Below are positions 21,877 through 32,104 of a stretch of 46,060 nt of DNA, piece by piece (positions within the stretch are counted from its first letter, which is position 1; every line of letters begins with the position of its first letter). This stretch comes from Litorivicinaceae bacterium (GTDB taxonomy: Bacteria > Pseudomonadota > Gammaproteobacteria > Pseudomonadales > Litorivicinaceae): assembly GCA_049623565.1 (NCBI GenBank), contig JBMZTF010000001.1, positions 1 to 46,060 of the forward strand, given 5' to 3'. The position numbers and the translations under genes were made by a program. The notes beneath the pieces were generated by a model. That model searched no databases and was not told where the DNA came from. It saw nothing but the letters and a program-made list of their open reading frames with translations.

Positions 21877-21906
21877 ATAATAATATAAACATATCTTTAT
21901 GTTCAA
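21877..21906 (-). promoter_or_regulatory. sahR promoter with 20-bp SahR-type palindromic operator
   Basis: Minus strand TTGAAC-18 bp-TATTAT-7 nt-ATG. Near-palindrome ATATAAACATATCTTTATGT at 21883-21902 spans the spacer. Confidence 0.7.
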
Positions 21907-21916
21907 TGGAGATTTG

Positions 21917-23047
21917 ATGTCAGAACCAACAGTTCGTTTTCACACCGTTCCTCTGAACAATGCAGAAGGTGTCCTTGGGGTCGCTGTGATGGACCGTCCC
22001 AAAGCGTTGAATGCGCTTGATCACACCATGATTCGTGGTTTGTTGCAGGCTGTCGAGACGGTCGAGTCGGATGCCGCGATCAAAGCTCTTTGGATCGAGT
22101 CGTCCGCCGAAAAGGCGTTTTGTGCCGGGGGTGATGTCCGAGATGTTACCAACAATGGCCAAGCGGGCGGTTTGGATGATCTCTCAAACTCCGCGGATTA
22201 CCTGGCCGACGAATATCTCTTAGATGTGTGGCTTCGTTACTGTTCGAAGCCGGTCTTTGCGTGGGGTGATGGTTACATCATGGGCGGCGGCATGGGCGTC
22301 TTTCAGGGTGCAGATGTGCGTTGCGTGACCGAGCATTCTAGCCTCTCCATGCCCGAGGTACGAATCGGGTTCGTCCCCGATTGTGGTGGCAGTTGGTTCT
22401 TAAATCGCGTCCCAAATGGGTTAGGTATCTGTCTTGCGATGAGCGGTGTCACTGTTGGCGCCGCCGACGGATGCTGGCTGAATTTGGCTGATTGGCTCCT
22501 GCCCCGCGCGGAAAAATCTCAGTTATTTGAGGCTGTTCTGGGTCTTAATTATGCCTCACGAGAGGCGGCCTTATCGGAGATTGGAGCAATCCTGCACAAG
22601 GCGACATCGGAGTTACCAAGACAAGGGCCTTGGGAAGAGAACGGTGCTCGATTAGGTAACAGCATCCGACACCAGTCACCGTTGGCGACTTGGCACACGA
22701 TGCAGAAATGGTATCGCGAGGTTCCTGAACTATTTGTCGGGTTGGAACAAGCAAGCCCCGGGGCCGCGCTTGTTGCGGGATACCAGAACCAGCGCGCGAA
22801 ATATCAAAACCTGGCTCAAGCGGTATTACAGGAGCACGACCTCGGGATGCGTCTCTTGTCTGATGGCGAGTGGTGTGAGGGTGTCCGAGCGCTGTTGATC
22901 GACAAGGATAAAAATCCCCAGTGGCGTTTTAAAATGGTCGAAGAGGTCACTCCCGACTGGATTCAGGCGATGCTAGCCCCCATGAAGTGGACCACGACAC
23001 ATCCGTTGGTAGCCAAGTTGTCTGCCGAAGGACTCCCATATTGTTAG
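21917..23047 (+). CDS. Enoyl-CoA hydratase/isomerase family, 3-hydroxyisobutyryl-CoA hydrolase-like
   Basis: RPKALNAL, AFCAGGDV, DGYIMGGG, MPEVRIGFVPD, EGVRALLIDKDKNPQW. GGAG RBS before ATG 21917. Confidence 0.88.
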   Translation: MSEPTVRFHTVPLNNAEGVLGVAVMDRPKALNALDHTMIRGLLQAVETVESDAAIKALWIESSAEKAFCAGGDVRDVTNNGQAGGLDDLSNSADYLADEYLLDVWLRYCSKPVFAWGDGYIMGGGMGVFQGADVRCVTEHSSLSMPEVRIGFVPDCGGSWFLNRVPNGLGICLAMSGVTVGAADGCWLNLADWLLPRAEKSQLFEAVLGLNYASREAALSEIGAILHKATSELPRQGPWEENGARLGNSIRHQSPLATWHTMQKWYREVPELFVGLEQASPGAALVAGYQNQRAKYQNLAQAVLQEHDLGMRLLSDGEWCEGVRALLIDKDKNPQWRFKMVEEVTPDWIQAMLAPMKWTTTHPLVAKLSAEGLPYC

Positions 23048-23068
23048 TACGAGGAAAAAGGACTTCGC

Positions 23069-23953
23069 ATGAAAGTTTCGTTTTTAGGATTGGGCGTGAT
23101 GGGTTATCCGATGGCCGGGCACCTGGCGAAAGCAGGCCACGATGTCACGGTATACAACCGAACGGTCGCGAAAGCTGAAAAATGGGTGGCTGAATTTGGT
23201 GGGAAGGCTGCGGCTACACCAAAAGAGGCGGCGGTTGGCCAAGAAATAGTCTTCGCCTGTGTTGGTAATGATGATGACTTACGCAGCATCACTTTGAATG
23301 AAGACGGCGCATTTGCAGGTATGAGTGAGGGCGCTTTATTTGTTGACCACACCACGGCGAGTGCCGAGGTCGCGCGGGAATTGAGTGGGGCCGCGAAGGC
23401 CCTCAACCTTGGGTTCATGGACGCGCCGGTATCTGGCGGCCAGCAAGGGGCTGAAAATGGCACATTGACCGTGATGATTGGTGGAAGTCAGACGGATTTC
23501 GATCGCGCTGCGCCAGTAATTGATGTGTTCGCACGCGCGTGCACGCTGATGGGTGACGTGGGCGCCGGCCAGCTCACAAAGATGGTGAACCAGATCTGTA
23601 TCGCCGGATTGGTCCAAGCATTGTCTGAAGGACTCTCTTTTGCTCGTGCGGCTGGGCTTGACGCTCACAAGGTGGTGGAAGTCATTAGCAAAGGCGCCGC
23701 ACAGTCATGGCAGATGGAAAATCGTTACAAAACTATGCTCGCCGATGAGTTCGAGCACGGGTTTGCGGTCGATTGGATGCGTAAAGATCTCTCAATTTGT
23801 TTGACCGAAGCGCGGAAAAATGGGTCTGCGCTTCCGATCACCGCGGCCGTTGATCAACTCTACAGTGAGGTCCAGTCCATGGGCGGTGGTCGCTGGGACA
23901 CTTCAAGCCTATTCGCGCGGCTGGAAGCAATGCGTCGATCCAGTGGCAAGTGA
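23069..23953 (+). CDS. NAD(P)-dependent beta-hydroxyacid dehydrogenase (3-hydroxyisobutyrate dehydrogenase / tartronate semialdehyde reductase family)
   Basis: FLGLGVMGYPMA, DAPVSGG, GAGQLTKMVNQ, KDL. Confidence 0.92.
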   Translation: MKVSFLGLGVMGYPMAGHLAKAGHDVTVYNRTVAKAEKWVAEFGGKAAATPKEAAVGQEIVFACVGNDDDLRSITLNEDGAFAGMSEGALFVDHTTASAEVARELSGAAKALNLGFMDAPVSGGQQGAENGTLTVMIGGSQTDFDRAAPVIDVFARACTLMGDVGAGQLTKMVNQICIAGLVQALSEGLSFARAAGLDAHKVVEVISKGAAQSWQMENRYKTMLADEFEHGFAVDWMRKDLSICLTEARKNGSALPITAAVDQLYSEVQSMGGGRWDTSSLFARLEAMRRSSGK

Positions 23954-24383
23954 TCCATTTGACACACTGACCAATCGCTTGGCTCGTCGTGAGCACTCTC
24001 GGGTCGAGCTTGGTCGAAAACTCAAAACATACCACCCCGAGTTGTCTCATCCAGAGCGCGATGAACTGCTTGACCGATTGATTGAATTGAATCTGCAGTC
24101 TGATATGCGGTTCGCCGAGATGTTAATTCGTTCCCGATTATTCCGTGGGCAGGGCCGACATCGAATCGAGCAAGAACTCACACAACACGGGATCGAACCA
24201 CGTGATGTGGGTCATCTCTTTGATGAAGCCGAGGATAGTGAATCAGATCGGTGTGTGGCCGCGTTAGAGAAGTGGCTGCGCGGTAAAAAAGATCCGACAC
24301 GCGATAAAGCACTTCGATTTTTGGCGTCAAGGGGTTTTAATTTTTCGGACGCAACAGAAGCAGTCGACACGATTTTCCGCTAG
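23943..24383 (+). CDS. recX: Regulatory protein RecX
   Basis: [40 protein letters not shown] start at 23943 overlapping the upstream gene. Immediately upstream of alaS. Confidence 0.9.
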   Translation: MASDPFDTLTNRLARREHSRVELGRKLKTYHPELSHPERDELLDRLIELNLQSDMRFAEMLIRSRLFRGQGRHRIEQELTQHGIEPRDVGHLFDEAEDSESDRCVAALEKWLRGKKDPTRDKALRFLASRGFNFSDATEAVDTIFR

Positions 24384-24420
24384 CATTGCACCTCACTTGA
24401 ATTTCAGAAATTTGAAAAAT

Positions 24421-27018
24421 ATGAAAAGCGCTGAAATCCGCTCACAGTTCCTTAAACATTTTCATGAAAATGGCCACACCGTCGTGCCGTCGAGTCCGCT
24501 CATTCCAGGAAACGACCCAACGCTTTTGTTTACTAACGCAGGGATGGTGCAGTTTAAAGACGTCTTTACAGGCGAAGAAGCGCGTCCATATCACCGTGCG
24601 ACTACGTCGCAGCGTTGTGTCCGAGCAGGCGGCAAACACAATGATCTTGAGAACGTTGGCTACACTGCCCGTCATCATACGTTTTTTGAAATGTTGGGTA
24701 ATTTTAGTTTTGGCGACTATTTTAAGGAAGACGCGATTCGCTTTGCATGGGGTTTTTTGACAGAGCGTTTAGGACTGCCTAAGGAACGCCTCTGGGTGAC
24801 GGTTCATCACACAGATCAAGAGGCGGAGGATATCTGGATCCAGAAGATAGGTGTTGATCCAGATCGGCTTTCGCGGTTGGGTGATAAAGATAATTTCTGG
24901 TCGATGGGTGACACGGGCCCATGTGGGCCGTGCAGTGAGATCTTTTATGATCACGGGCCCGATGTTCCGGGTGGTCCACCGGGCTCTGAAGATGATGATC
25001 TCGATCGTTATATTGAGATCTGGAACCTTGTATTTATGCAGTTTGAGCAGGCTGCGGATGGGACGCGGACACCGTTACCCAAGCCATCTGTTGATACAGG
25101 CATGGGGCTTGAGCGGATTGCCGCTGTGATGCAGGGCGTGCACTCAAACTACGAGATCGATCTATTCCAAGCACTATTGAACGCGGCGGCAGCTGTTACC
25201 CACACGAGCGACATTGAAGCGAAATCACTGCGCGTGATAGCTGACCACATCCGGAGCTGTTCATTTTTGATTTGTGATGGAGTTTTACCATCGAACGAAG
25301 GGCGTGGGTATGTCTTGCGTCGGATCATTCGGCGAGCGATTCGCCACGGGCACAAGCTCGGTTGCGACCAACCTTTCTTTCATAAAATTGTCCATACCTT
25401 GGTAGCTGAGATGGGTGAGGCCTACCCAGAACTCCGAGACAGCGAGGATCGAATTGTCGCCGCGCTAAGGCAAGAAGAGGTGCAATTTGCAAAGACCCTT
25501 GATGCCGGGATGAAAGTTTTGGAAGAGGCGGTTGCGTCACTCAAGGGGAACATACTCCCGGGTGAGTTGATTTTTCGGCTCTATGATACGCATGGATTCC
25601 CGGTTGATTTGACCAACGATATCGCTCGCGAGCGTGACCTCGAGCTTGATATCGACGGGTTCGATGAGGCTATGGCCGAGCAGCGAGAAAAGTCACGGCA
25701 AAGCTCAAGCTTTGCTGTCGAGGGACAACTTCGATTTGATTTGGATGGCTCGACAGAGTTCCTTGGCTACACGCATCTAGACGCGAGCGCGATTATTGTA
25801 GCGCTGGCGAAAGATGGTGAGCAAGTGGACTCGCTTGGTGCCGGTGAGGCTGGAATCGTCGTGCTCAACCAAACACCTTTTTATGCAGAGAGCGGCGGCC
25901 AACAAGGAGATAATGGCTCATTGACATCGACTGACGGCTCATTTCAGGTCTCGGTAACGAAGAAATATGGCCCACATTTCGGTCACGAGGGCAAACTTGG
26001 TATGGGTGAGTTAAGGGTCGGCGATACAGTCAACGCGAGGGTCGAAGGCGCCAGGCGCCAGGCGACCGCACTAAACCACTCGGCGACACATTTATTGCAT
26101 GCGGCACTTCGTACTGTCCTCGGTGAACATGTGACGCAGAAGGGGTCTTTGGTGACCCATGAGCGCACACGTTTTGATTTTTCGCACCCACAACCAGTAA
26201 CGGCCACTGAGATCACAGCAATCGAGGCGATGGTCAATTCAGAAATTCGTCGCAACGAAGATGTTGTCACGCAGGTCATGCCAATTGACGAGGCGAAGGC
26301 CGCGGGTGCGATGGCATTGTTCGGTGAAAAATATGATGACGAAGTTCGTGTTCTCTCGATGGGCGAATTTTCGGTTGAATTATGCGGCGGTACGCATGTC
26401 GCCCGGACTGGCGATATTGGCTTGTTCAAGATCACCACCGAAGGCGGGGTCGCTTCCGGGGTCCGTCGAATCGAGGCCGTGACGGGCGAGGGTGCTCTCA
26501 ATTACATCCATTCATTGACAGACACACTGGAACGAGCGGCGGTGCTCTTAAAAACGGGTCCGGAATCAGTGCTTTCTAAGATCGAGCAAGTCGCTGAGCG
26601 ATTGAGAGTCTCTGAGCGCGAAGTGGATGCTTTGAAGATGAGGCTTGCTACGGCAGCGGGCGGCGATTTGTTGGACGATGTCGTAGAAGTCGCTGGGGTC
26701 CAATGTTTAGTGGCCAGCCTCGATGGGCAGGATCCAAAATCACTCCGTGACACGCTTGATCGCATTAAGAACCGCCTGTCCCAAGGCGTTGTTGTGCTTG
26801 CAACAGTCCGCGATGACAAAGTGAACCTGGTCGCTGGCGTCACAGATAACTTAACCAATCGCGTCAAGGCGGGTGATCTGATTGGATTTGTTGCTGCGCA
26901 GGTCGGTGGTCGCGGTGGCGGGCGCGCTGATATGGCCCAAGCGGGAGGGACTGAGCCCGCATCATTACCAGGGGCGCTGGACTCAGTTACTGGGTGGCTT
27001 GAGGGACAACTGGGTTAG
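24421..27018 (+). CDS. alaS: Alanine--tRNA ligase
   Basis: [38 protein letters not shown], editing HSATHLL...ELCGGTH, GGRGGGR.DMAQAGG. Confidence 0.99.
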   Translation: MKSAEIRSQFLKHFHENGHTVVPSSPLIPGNDPTLLFTNAGMVQFKDVFTGEEARPYHRATTSQRCVRAGGKHNDLENVGYTARHHTFFEMLGNFSFGDYFKEDAIRFAWGFLTERLGLPKERLWVTVHHTDQEAEDIWIQKIGVDPDRLSRLGDKDNFWSMGDTGPCGPCSEIFYDHGPDVPGGPPGSEDDDLDRYIEIWNLVFMQFEQAADGTRTPLPKPSVDTGMGLERIAAVMQGVHSNYEIDLFQALLNAAAAVTHTSDIEAKSLRVIADHIRSCSFLICDGVLPSNEGRGYVLRRIIRRAIRHGHKLGCDQPFFHKIVHTLVAEMGEAYPELRDSEDRIVAALRQEEVQFAKTLDAGMKVLEEAVASLKGNILPGELIFRLYDTHGFPVDLTNDIARERDLELDIDGFDEAMAEQREKSRQSSSFAVEGQLRFDLDGSTEFLGYTHLDASAIIVALAKDGEQVDSLGAGEAGIVVLNQTPFYAESGGQQGDNGSLTSTDGSFQVSVTKKYGPHFGHEGKLGMGELRVGDTVNARVEGARRQATALNHSATHLLHAALRTVLGEHVTQKGSLVTHERTRFDFSHPQPVTATEITAIEAMVNSEIRRNEDVVTQVMPIDEAKAAGAMALFGEKYDDEVRVLSMGEFSVELCGGTHVARTGDIGLFKITTEGGVASGVRRIEAVTGEGALNYIHSLTDTLERAAVLLKTGPESVLSKIEQVAERLRVSEREVDALKMRLATAAGGDLLDDVVEVAGVQCLVASLDGQDPKSLRDTLDRIKNRLSQGVVVLATVRDDKVNLVAGVTDNLTNRVKAGDLIGFVAAQVGGRGGGRADMAQAGGTEPASLPGALDSVTGWLEGQLG

Positions 27019-27026
27019 GAAGTTCG

Positions 27027-28256
27027 ATGGGTTTAATCGTTCAAAAGTATGGCGGTACGAGTGTAGGGACCGTTGAGCGCATCCAGGGTGTCGCCAAAAA
27101 AGTGAAGGGATTTAGAGACCAAGGACACGATCTCGTCGTGGTGGTTTCAGCGATGAGCGGGGAGACCAATCGGTTGATTGGTATGGCCAGCGAGATTGGT
27201 CAGCGTCCGTTGCCACGTGAAATGGATGTCCTCGTATCGACGGGTGAGCAGGTTACGATCGCGCTTCTTGCTATGGCGTTAACGGAACTGGGCTGCGCCG
27301 CGAAAAGCTATACGGGCGGACAAGTGTCTATCCATACGGACAGCGCGCACACCAAGGCGCGTATTCAAGCAATTGATGATAAGAATGTGCGTGGTGACCT
27401 CAAAGCAGGCCGGGTCGTTATTGTTGCAGGCTTCCAAGGCGTGGATGAACACAACAACATCACAACACTCGGCCGAGGTGGTTCTGATACGACGGCGGTT
27501 GCGCTTGCGGCTGCGCTGAAAGCAGATGAGTGTCAGATTTACACAGACGTGGATGGGGTGTATACGACCGACCCACGTGTCGTTGAATCAGCGCGTCGAC
27601 TGTCAAAAATCACCTTTGAAGAGATGCTCGAAATGGCGTCCCTGGGGTCAAAAGTATTACAAATCCGCTCGGTAGAATTCGCCGGCAAATACAATGTCCC
27701 GCTTCGCGTGCTATCCACATTCGAAGATGGGCCGGGCACATTGATCACCACTGAGGAGTTAGATTCCATGGAACAACCCGTTATTTCAGGTATTGCGTTT
27801 AACCGTGACGAAGCAAAATTGACGTTACTGGGCGTACCCGATGTTCCTGGTGTCGCTGCTAAAATTTTGGCCCCAATCGGCGTGAAAAACATCGAAGTCG
27901 ATATGATCGTTCAAAACGTAGGAGCGGATCAGACTACCGATTTCACGTTCACCGTCCATCGGAATGATGTCGAGGCTGCACACGAGGTGCTTGAGGACGT
28001 CGCGAACGAATTGGGTGCGCGTGAGGTACGGAAGGATTCAAAGATTTGTAAGGTGTCGGTGGTTGGTGTTGGTATGCGTTCACACGCAGGTGTCGCGAGT
28101 CAGATGTTTCAGACACTTGCGGCTGAGGGCATTAATATCCAAATGATCTCCACGTCTGAGATCAAGATTTCTGTCGTGGTGGACGAGAAGTATCTCGAGC
28201 TTGCGGTCCGTGCTCTACACCAGGCGTTCGACTTGGCGCTCGAGGATGCCAGTTAA
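27027..28256 (+). CDS. lysC: Aspartate kinase
   Basis: VQKYGGTSV, TLGRGGSDTTA, TDVDGVYTTDPR, two ACT domains, ISTSEIKIS. Confidence 0.97.
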   Translation: MGLIVQKYGGTSVGTVERIQGVAKKVKGFRDQGHDLVVVVSAMSGETNRLIGMASEIGQRPLPREMDVLVSTGEQVTIALLAMALTELGCAAKSYTGGQVSIHTDSAHTKARIQAIDDKNVRGDLKAGRVVIVAGFQGVDEHNNITTLGRGGSDTTAVALAAALKADECQIYTDVDGVYTTDPRVVESARRLSKITFEEMLEMASLGSKVLQIRSVEFAGKYNVPLRVLSTFEDGPGTLITTEELDSMEQPVISGIAFNRDEAKLTLLGVPDVPGVAAKILAPIGVKNIEVDMIVQNVGADQTTDFTFTVHRNDVEAAHEVLEDVANELGAREVRKDSKICKVSVVGVGMRSHAGVASQMFQTLAAEGINIQMISTSEIKISVVVDEKYLELAVRALHQAFDLALEDAS

Positions 28257-29034
28257 TACGCCTGACGCCTTTCGTGGTATCGATCGCCTGTACGGAGATC
28301 ATGCCTTCCAAACGCTCTCAAAAAAACGCGTCTACGTGGTAGGTATTGGTGGCGTGGGTTCATGGGTTGTCGAGAGCTTGGCGCGTTCCGGTGTTGGTGA
28401 GATTCGACTTGCCGATCTCGATGACATCTGCGTCACCAACACCAATCGCCAAATCCATGCGTTGTCATTGACCATTGGCCAGCCCAAAATTGTGGCGATG
28501 GCCGAACGCTGCAGATCGATTAACCCGGATATCGTTATCCGCAATGATCACGCGTTTGTTAATAACAAGACCGTAAAGTCTTTGGTCGAATCTGACCTAG
28601 ATTTGGTTATCGACTGTGGTGATAACCAAATGGCGAAAGCGTCACTAATCGCTCACTGTAAGCGAATCAAAGTTCCCGTGATTACGGTCGGTGCCGCGGG
28701 TGGCCTGATTGATCCCAGTAAAGTTCTCGTCCGTGATCTGGCGAAAACAGAAGGAGACGCATTATTGGCATCTGTACGTCAAACGCTCAGGAACCAGTAT
28801 GGATTTTCACGTACCCAAGGTAAACGCTTTTCTGTCAGTGCGGTCTATTCCGTTGAGCAGACACGGTATTTGCAGGCCGATGGCTCGGTCGGTCAGCAGA
28901 AGCCGGCCGCGGGCGCGAATCGACTCGATTGCGCTGGATCCCTGGGTGCTGCGACGCATGTCACTGCTGTATTCGCGTTTCATGCGACCGCCCGGGCAAT
29001 CAATATGCTGATCAGTCAAGCACTTCAAGGGTGA
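28246..29034 (+). CDS. tcdA: tRNA threonylcarbamoyladenosine dehydratase (ThiF/E1-like)
   Basis: F.GIDRLYG, VVGIGGVGSW..E.LARSG, D.DDICVTNTNRQIHA, GAAGG..DP, VYS.EQ. Confidence 0.9.
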   Translation: MPVNTPDAFRGIDRLYGDHAFQTLSKKRVYVVGIGGVGSWVVESLARSGVGEIRLADLDDICVTNTNRQIHALSLTIGQPKIVAMAERCRSINPDIVIRNDHAFVNNKTVKSLVESDLDLVIDCGDNQMAKASLIAHCKRIKVPVITVGAAGGLIDPSKVLVRDLAKTEGDALLASVRQTLRNQYGFSRTQGKRFSVSAVYSVEQTRYLQADGSVGQQKPAAGANRLDCAGSLGAATHVTAVFAFHATARAINMLISQALQG

Positions 29035-29803
29035 TCGTCGGCCAGTGGCTTATCCAATCGTAATTGGGGTCGTCGTCAGGCCGAATAACTACCCCACTGA
29101 TCAAGTACCGGTCGGCGCTCGGTAACACAAGCTCCACTCTTCCATTCGCATCCGTGTAAGCCTCTGAGACCACCGATCGATCGTTGTAACGAAATGCCTT
29201 GACAAGAACGTTCGGTAACGGCTTCTCCGATTCAAATAACGTGAATACATGCCGTCCGGTTCCAATTCGGGCCCACTCGCCTTGCAGGACAAGCTCAAAT
29301 GGCATTCTCAGAGAAAGCGAGTCTGAGACGTTTGTGTTGCCCACCTTTATCAGGCTCTTCGCGCATCTGACGTAACGCTCTGTGACTGGGACTGCTTTAG
29401 GCATATCGGGATATTGGCTGAGCTGGCGACTCAGGCCGTCGAGCTCAATGTAATTGGCCCAGCGTTCGTCACCCTCACCAAACCGAATGGAAAAGGGTGT
29501 AGTCTGATGGATAACTTGGTTAAGGCCATCGACCGTGATTATACGCGCCGCTGGTCTGGAGTCTCCCAATAACCCATCGATTGAGCTGGTTGTTTCTGTT
29601 ATCTGAAGAAATTGCTCGACCTCTCCGGGAAGGAGTGGCTGAGCGCTCCCTCGAAATGTTTCGCCGACCTTGAGGGTTAAGTCCACAGTTGCGTCGGGTT
29701 CTGTGTAATGCTCTGAGGCTTCAATCCAAAATTCGTGGGCACTGATCTGGGTGCCCCACAGGAGAACAATGCCCGACAAGGTCAGGCTCCGCAGTGATAT
29801 CAT
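29012..29803 (-). CDS. DUF4198-like exported (nickel/cobalt uptake-associated) protein
   Basis: Signal peptide then A|HEFWIE, E.Y.R.AKSLI, TDANGRV, W.S.W.T.T C-terminus. Start at ATG 29803 rather than the 30067 in the ORF track. Confidence 0.7.
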   Translation of the reverse strand: MISLRSLTLSGIVLLWGTQISAHEFWIEASEHYTEPDATVDLTLKVGETFRGSAQPLLPGEVEQFLQITETTSSIDGLLGDSRPAARIITVDGLNQVIHQTTPFSIRFGEGDERWANYIELDGLSRQLSQYPDMPKAVPVTERYVRCAKSLIKVGNTNVSDSLSLRMPFELVLQGEWARIGTGRHVFTLFESEKPLPNVLVKAFRYNDRSVVSEAYTDANGRVELVLPSADRYLISGVVIRPDDDPNYDWISHWPTITLEVLD

Positions 29804-29832
29804 ACCTACCCCAATCATCTGAGACCGAATTA

Positions 29833-30945
29833 ATGAAAGCCGTTTTTCTGGGTTTACTGTTAGCGATTTCCAGTCTGGTCGCAAGTGCACATGAAATGCG
29901 ACCGTCGATTGCTTCTCTCTCAGTCGATTCTCAGGGTGTTTTGAAGCTTGAGCTCGTGACAAATATGGAGGCTTGGCTTGCGGGAATTGAACCATCACTA
30001 CCGGATACAGACGACTCGCCGAATTCTGCGATCTACGATGGTTTTCGGTCGCTCGATGCGACAGCACTAGAGTCGGTTTTGCAGGACCGGGAGCCAGACA
30101 TTGTGCAGCTCGCTAAGGTGGTCGCAGGCGGCGCTCCGGTCAAGATGACTCTCAGTTCAGTGCGGGTACTTCCTGTTGACGATAGTGAACTCCCTCGGGA
30201 TACCGAGCTCACTTTTGTGGGCGGGCTACCTAGTGGAGCGGAAAGTATCGTGTACCGGGTAGACGACACGATACCGAATACTGCGGTTCGCTTGTTTCTT
30301 CAGAAATCAGAACCTCGAGTCCAATTCGTTAAGACCGGGCGCGAGTCAGACGAGCTGTCGCTCGATCAAGCTGTGGAGCGGTCGATTAGCGCTATCGCTT
30401 TAGAATACATCGAGCTTGGATTTATACACATCATTCCTCGCGGCCTGGACCACATCCTATTTATCATTGGGCTCTCTCTGATCTCGAGACGGCTACTCGA
30501 TCTGGTGATACAGGTGACAGCGTTCACTGTCGCACACTCGGTCACGCTGGCGCTTGGCTTGTACGGCGTCTTGGAGTTCCCTCCATCAATCGTTGAGCCC
30601 CTGATCGCTGCCTCGATCGTCTATGTTGCCGTCGAAAATATTTGGCACAACAAAGTAAATCGATCTCGGGCAGTGGTAGTGTTTGCATTCGGTTTACTTC
30701 ACGGGATGGGGTTTGCCGGAGTGCTGGCCGATCTGGGGCTCCCTGAGCGCGATTTTGTCGTTGGGCTCTTGTCATTCAACGCCGGCGTGGAGCTGGGCCA
30801 GCTGGCGGTTATACTAGTCGCATACGTATCAGTCGGTGTCTGGGTTTTGCGTTACCCCTGGTATCAGTCTCGGGTAGCTGTTCCTATGTCGTTACTGATA
30901 GGCGTCGTCGGATGCTATTGGTTTATTGAACGGGTGACCGGGTAG
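29833..30945 (+). CDS. HupE/UreJ family protein with N-terminal periplasmic domain
   Basis: Signal peptide then A|HEMRP, G..HI..GLDHILF, TAFTVAHSVTLAL, VE.LIA.SI, FGLLHGMGFA, FN.GVELGQ. Confidence 0.88.
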   Translation: MKAVFLGLLLAISSLVASAHEMRPSIASLSVDSQGVLKLELVTNMEAWLAGIEPSLPDTDDSPNSAIYDGFRSLDATALESVLQDREPDIVQLAKVVAGGAPVKMTLSSVRVLPVDDSELPRDTELTFVGGLPSGAESIVYRVDDTIPNTAVRLFLQKSEPRVQFVKTGRESDELSLDQAVERSISAIALEYIELGFIHIIPRGLDHILFIIGLSLISRRLLDLVIQVTAFTVAHSVTLALGLYGVLEFPPSIVEPLIAASIVYVAVENIWHNKVNRSRAVVVFAFGLLHGMGFAGVLADLGLPERDFVVGLLSFNAGVELGQLAVILVAYVSVGVWVLRYPWYQSRVAVPMSLLIGVVGCYWFIERVTG

Positions 30946-32063
30946 TGGGTATCGAGATGCAGACAAACGGCCAGGTGATGACTCGCGTTACTTTGATCGG
31001 GGCCGTAGTCGATGGATTGTTAGGATTATTCAAGATTACGATCGGTCTAATCAGTCATAGCCACGCCTTGGTCGCAGATGGTGTGCATTCGTTATCAGAC
31101 TTGGGTACGGACGTTCTAGTGATCTTGGCTGCCAGGTGGAGCAGTGAGGGGCCTGACGACGAGCACCCGTATGGCCATAACCGGATCGAGACGTTGGCGA
31201 CGCTAGTTCTGGGTAGTGCGTTGCTAGCGGTCGCTGGCGGGATTCTGTATGACAGCGTACGGCGTGTCTTCGATCCGAGCATTGTTGTCGACCTCGGTAT
31301 AGCTGCTTTTATTGTCACCGTAGCCTCGATTGTCTCAAAAGAGGCGATCTATCATTACACGCGGTACTACGCGAAGAAGCTGAACTCGAAGCTGCTGATG
31401 GCGAACGCGTGGCACTCACGGACGGATGCGCTGTCGTCGGTGGCTGTGCTGGTTGGGCTGATCGGTGTCACGTTGGATGTGATCTGGCTTGATGCTGCTG
31501 CCGCTCTCGTGGTTGCGTTGTTGATCGCCAAGATCGCTCTGAGTCTCTTGTGGGACTCGATGCAGGAGCTGGTCGATACCGCCTTGCCTGAGGAGAAGGT
31601 TTCGGCGATCCGCAAGGCGGCTTTGAATGTTCCGGATCTTCGTGATGTTCATCATATACGGACCCGCACGATGGGCGGTAAGACTCTGATAGATCTCCAT
31701 CTGCAGGTTGATCCTCGCGTCTCTGTGTCTGAGGGGCATGAGATTGGTTGTTGGGTGGCGTCTAATATTCGCGCCGAGTCTCCAGATGTCTTAGACATTA
31801 CGTTCCACATTGATTCTGAAGACGATGCTGACGTCGATCAGGATGGCCCACCCTTTCTGCGTCCGCTGAGAGGTGAGGTAAGACAAGCCCTCGAGCAAGA
31901 TTGGAAAGGCCTATGCGAGATACAAGATCTTCGATTGCACTACCTCGGAGGCAAGATAGATGTCGAGGTACTGACGTCTAGCGGTGTAGAGGTTACCGAT
32001 CTGAAATTAGCATCAGTTAGGCCTTGGTTAGGCCAGATATCGATTCTTCACCCACATCGATGA
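30945..32063 (+). CDS. Cation diffusion facilitator (CDF) metal transporter
   Basis: S.ALVADGVHSLSD, D.EHPYGH.R.E, NAWHSRTD, VSEGH.I. Confidence 0.93.
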   Translation: MGIEMQTNGQVMTRVTLIGAVVDGLLGLFKITIGLISHSHALVADGVHSLSDLGTDVLVILAARWSSEGPDDEHPYGHNRIETLATLVLGSALLAVAGGILYDSVRRVFDPSIVVDLGIAAFIVTVASIVSKEAIYHYTRYYAKKLNSKLLMANAWHSRTDALSSVAVLVGLIGVTLDVIWLDAAAALVVALLIAKIALSLLWDSMQELVDTALPEEKVSAIRKAALNVPDLRDVHHIRTRTMGGKTLIDLHLQVDPRVSVSEGHEIGCWVASNIRAESPDVLDITFHIDSEDDADVDQDGPPFLRPLRGEVRQALEQDWKGLCEIQDLRLHYLGGKIDVEVLTSSGVEVTDLKLASVRPWLGQISILHPHR

Positions 32064-32104
32064 TATGACCTAATGAATATTGTTAGCATTCAAAGCTATA
32101 ATAA

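Noticed and set aside
25983-26867. Long antisense ORFs in alaS (and similar ones in mfd, metH, coxA)
   Set aside because: Ser/Thr/Pro-rich mirror-frame translations expected from codon bias of the sense gene.
29804-30067. 88-aa N-terminal extension of the DUF4198-like ORF in the track
   Set aside because: Overlaps the HupE/UreJ gene on the opposite strand. The signal peptide begins at ATG 29803.
32069-32102. Fur-like box CCTAATGAATATTGTTAGC and TATAAT before the DUF2970-like gene
   Set aside because: Only about 12/19 match to the Fur consensus, and the TATAAT is just 2 nt from the ATG. Insufficient support.
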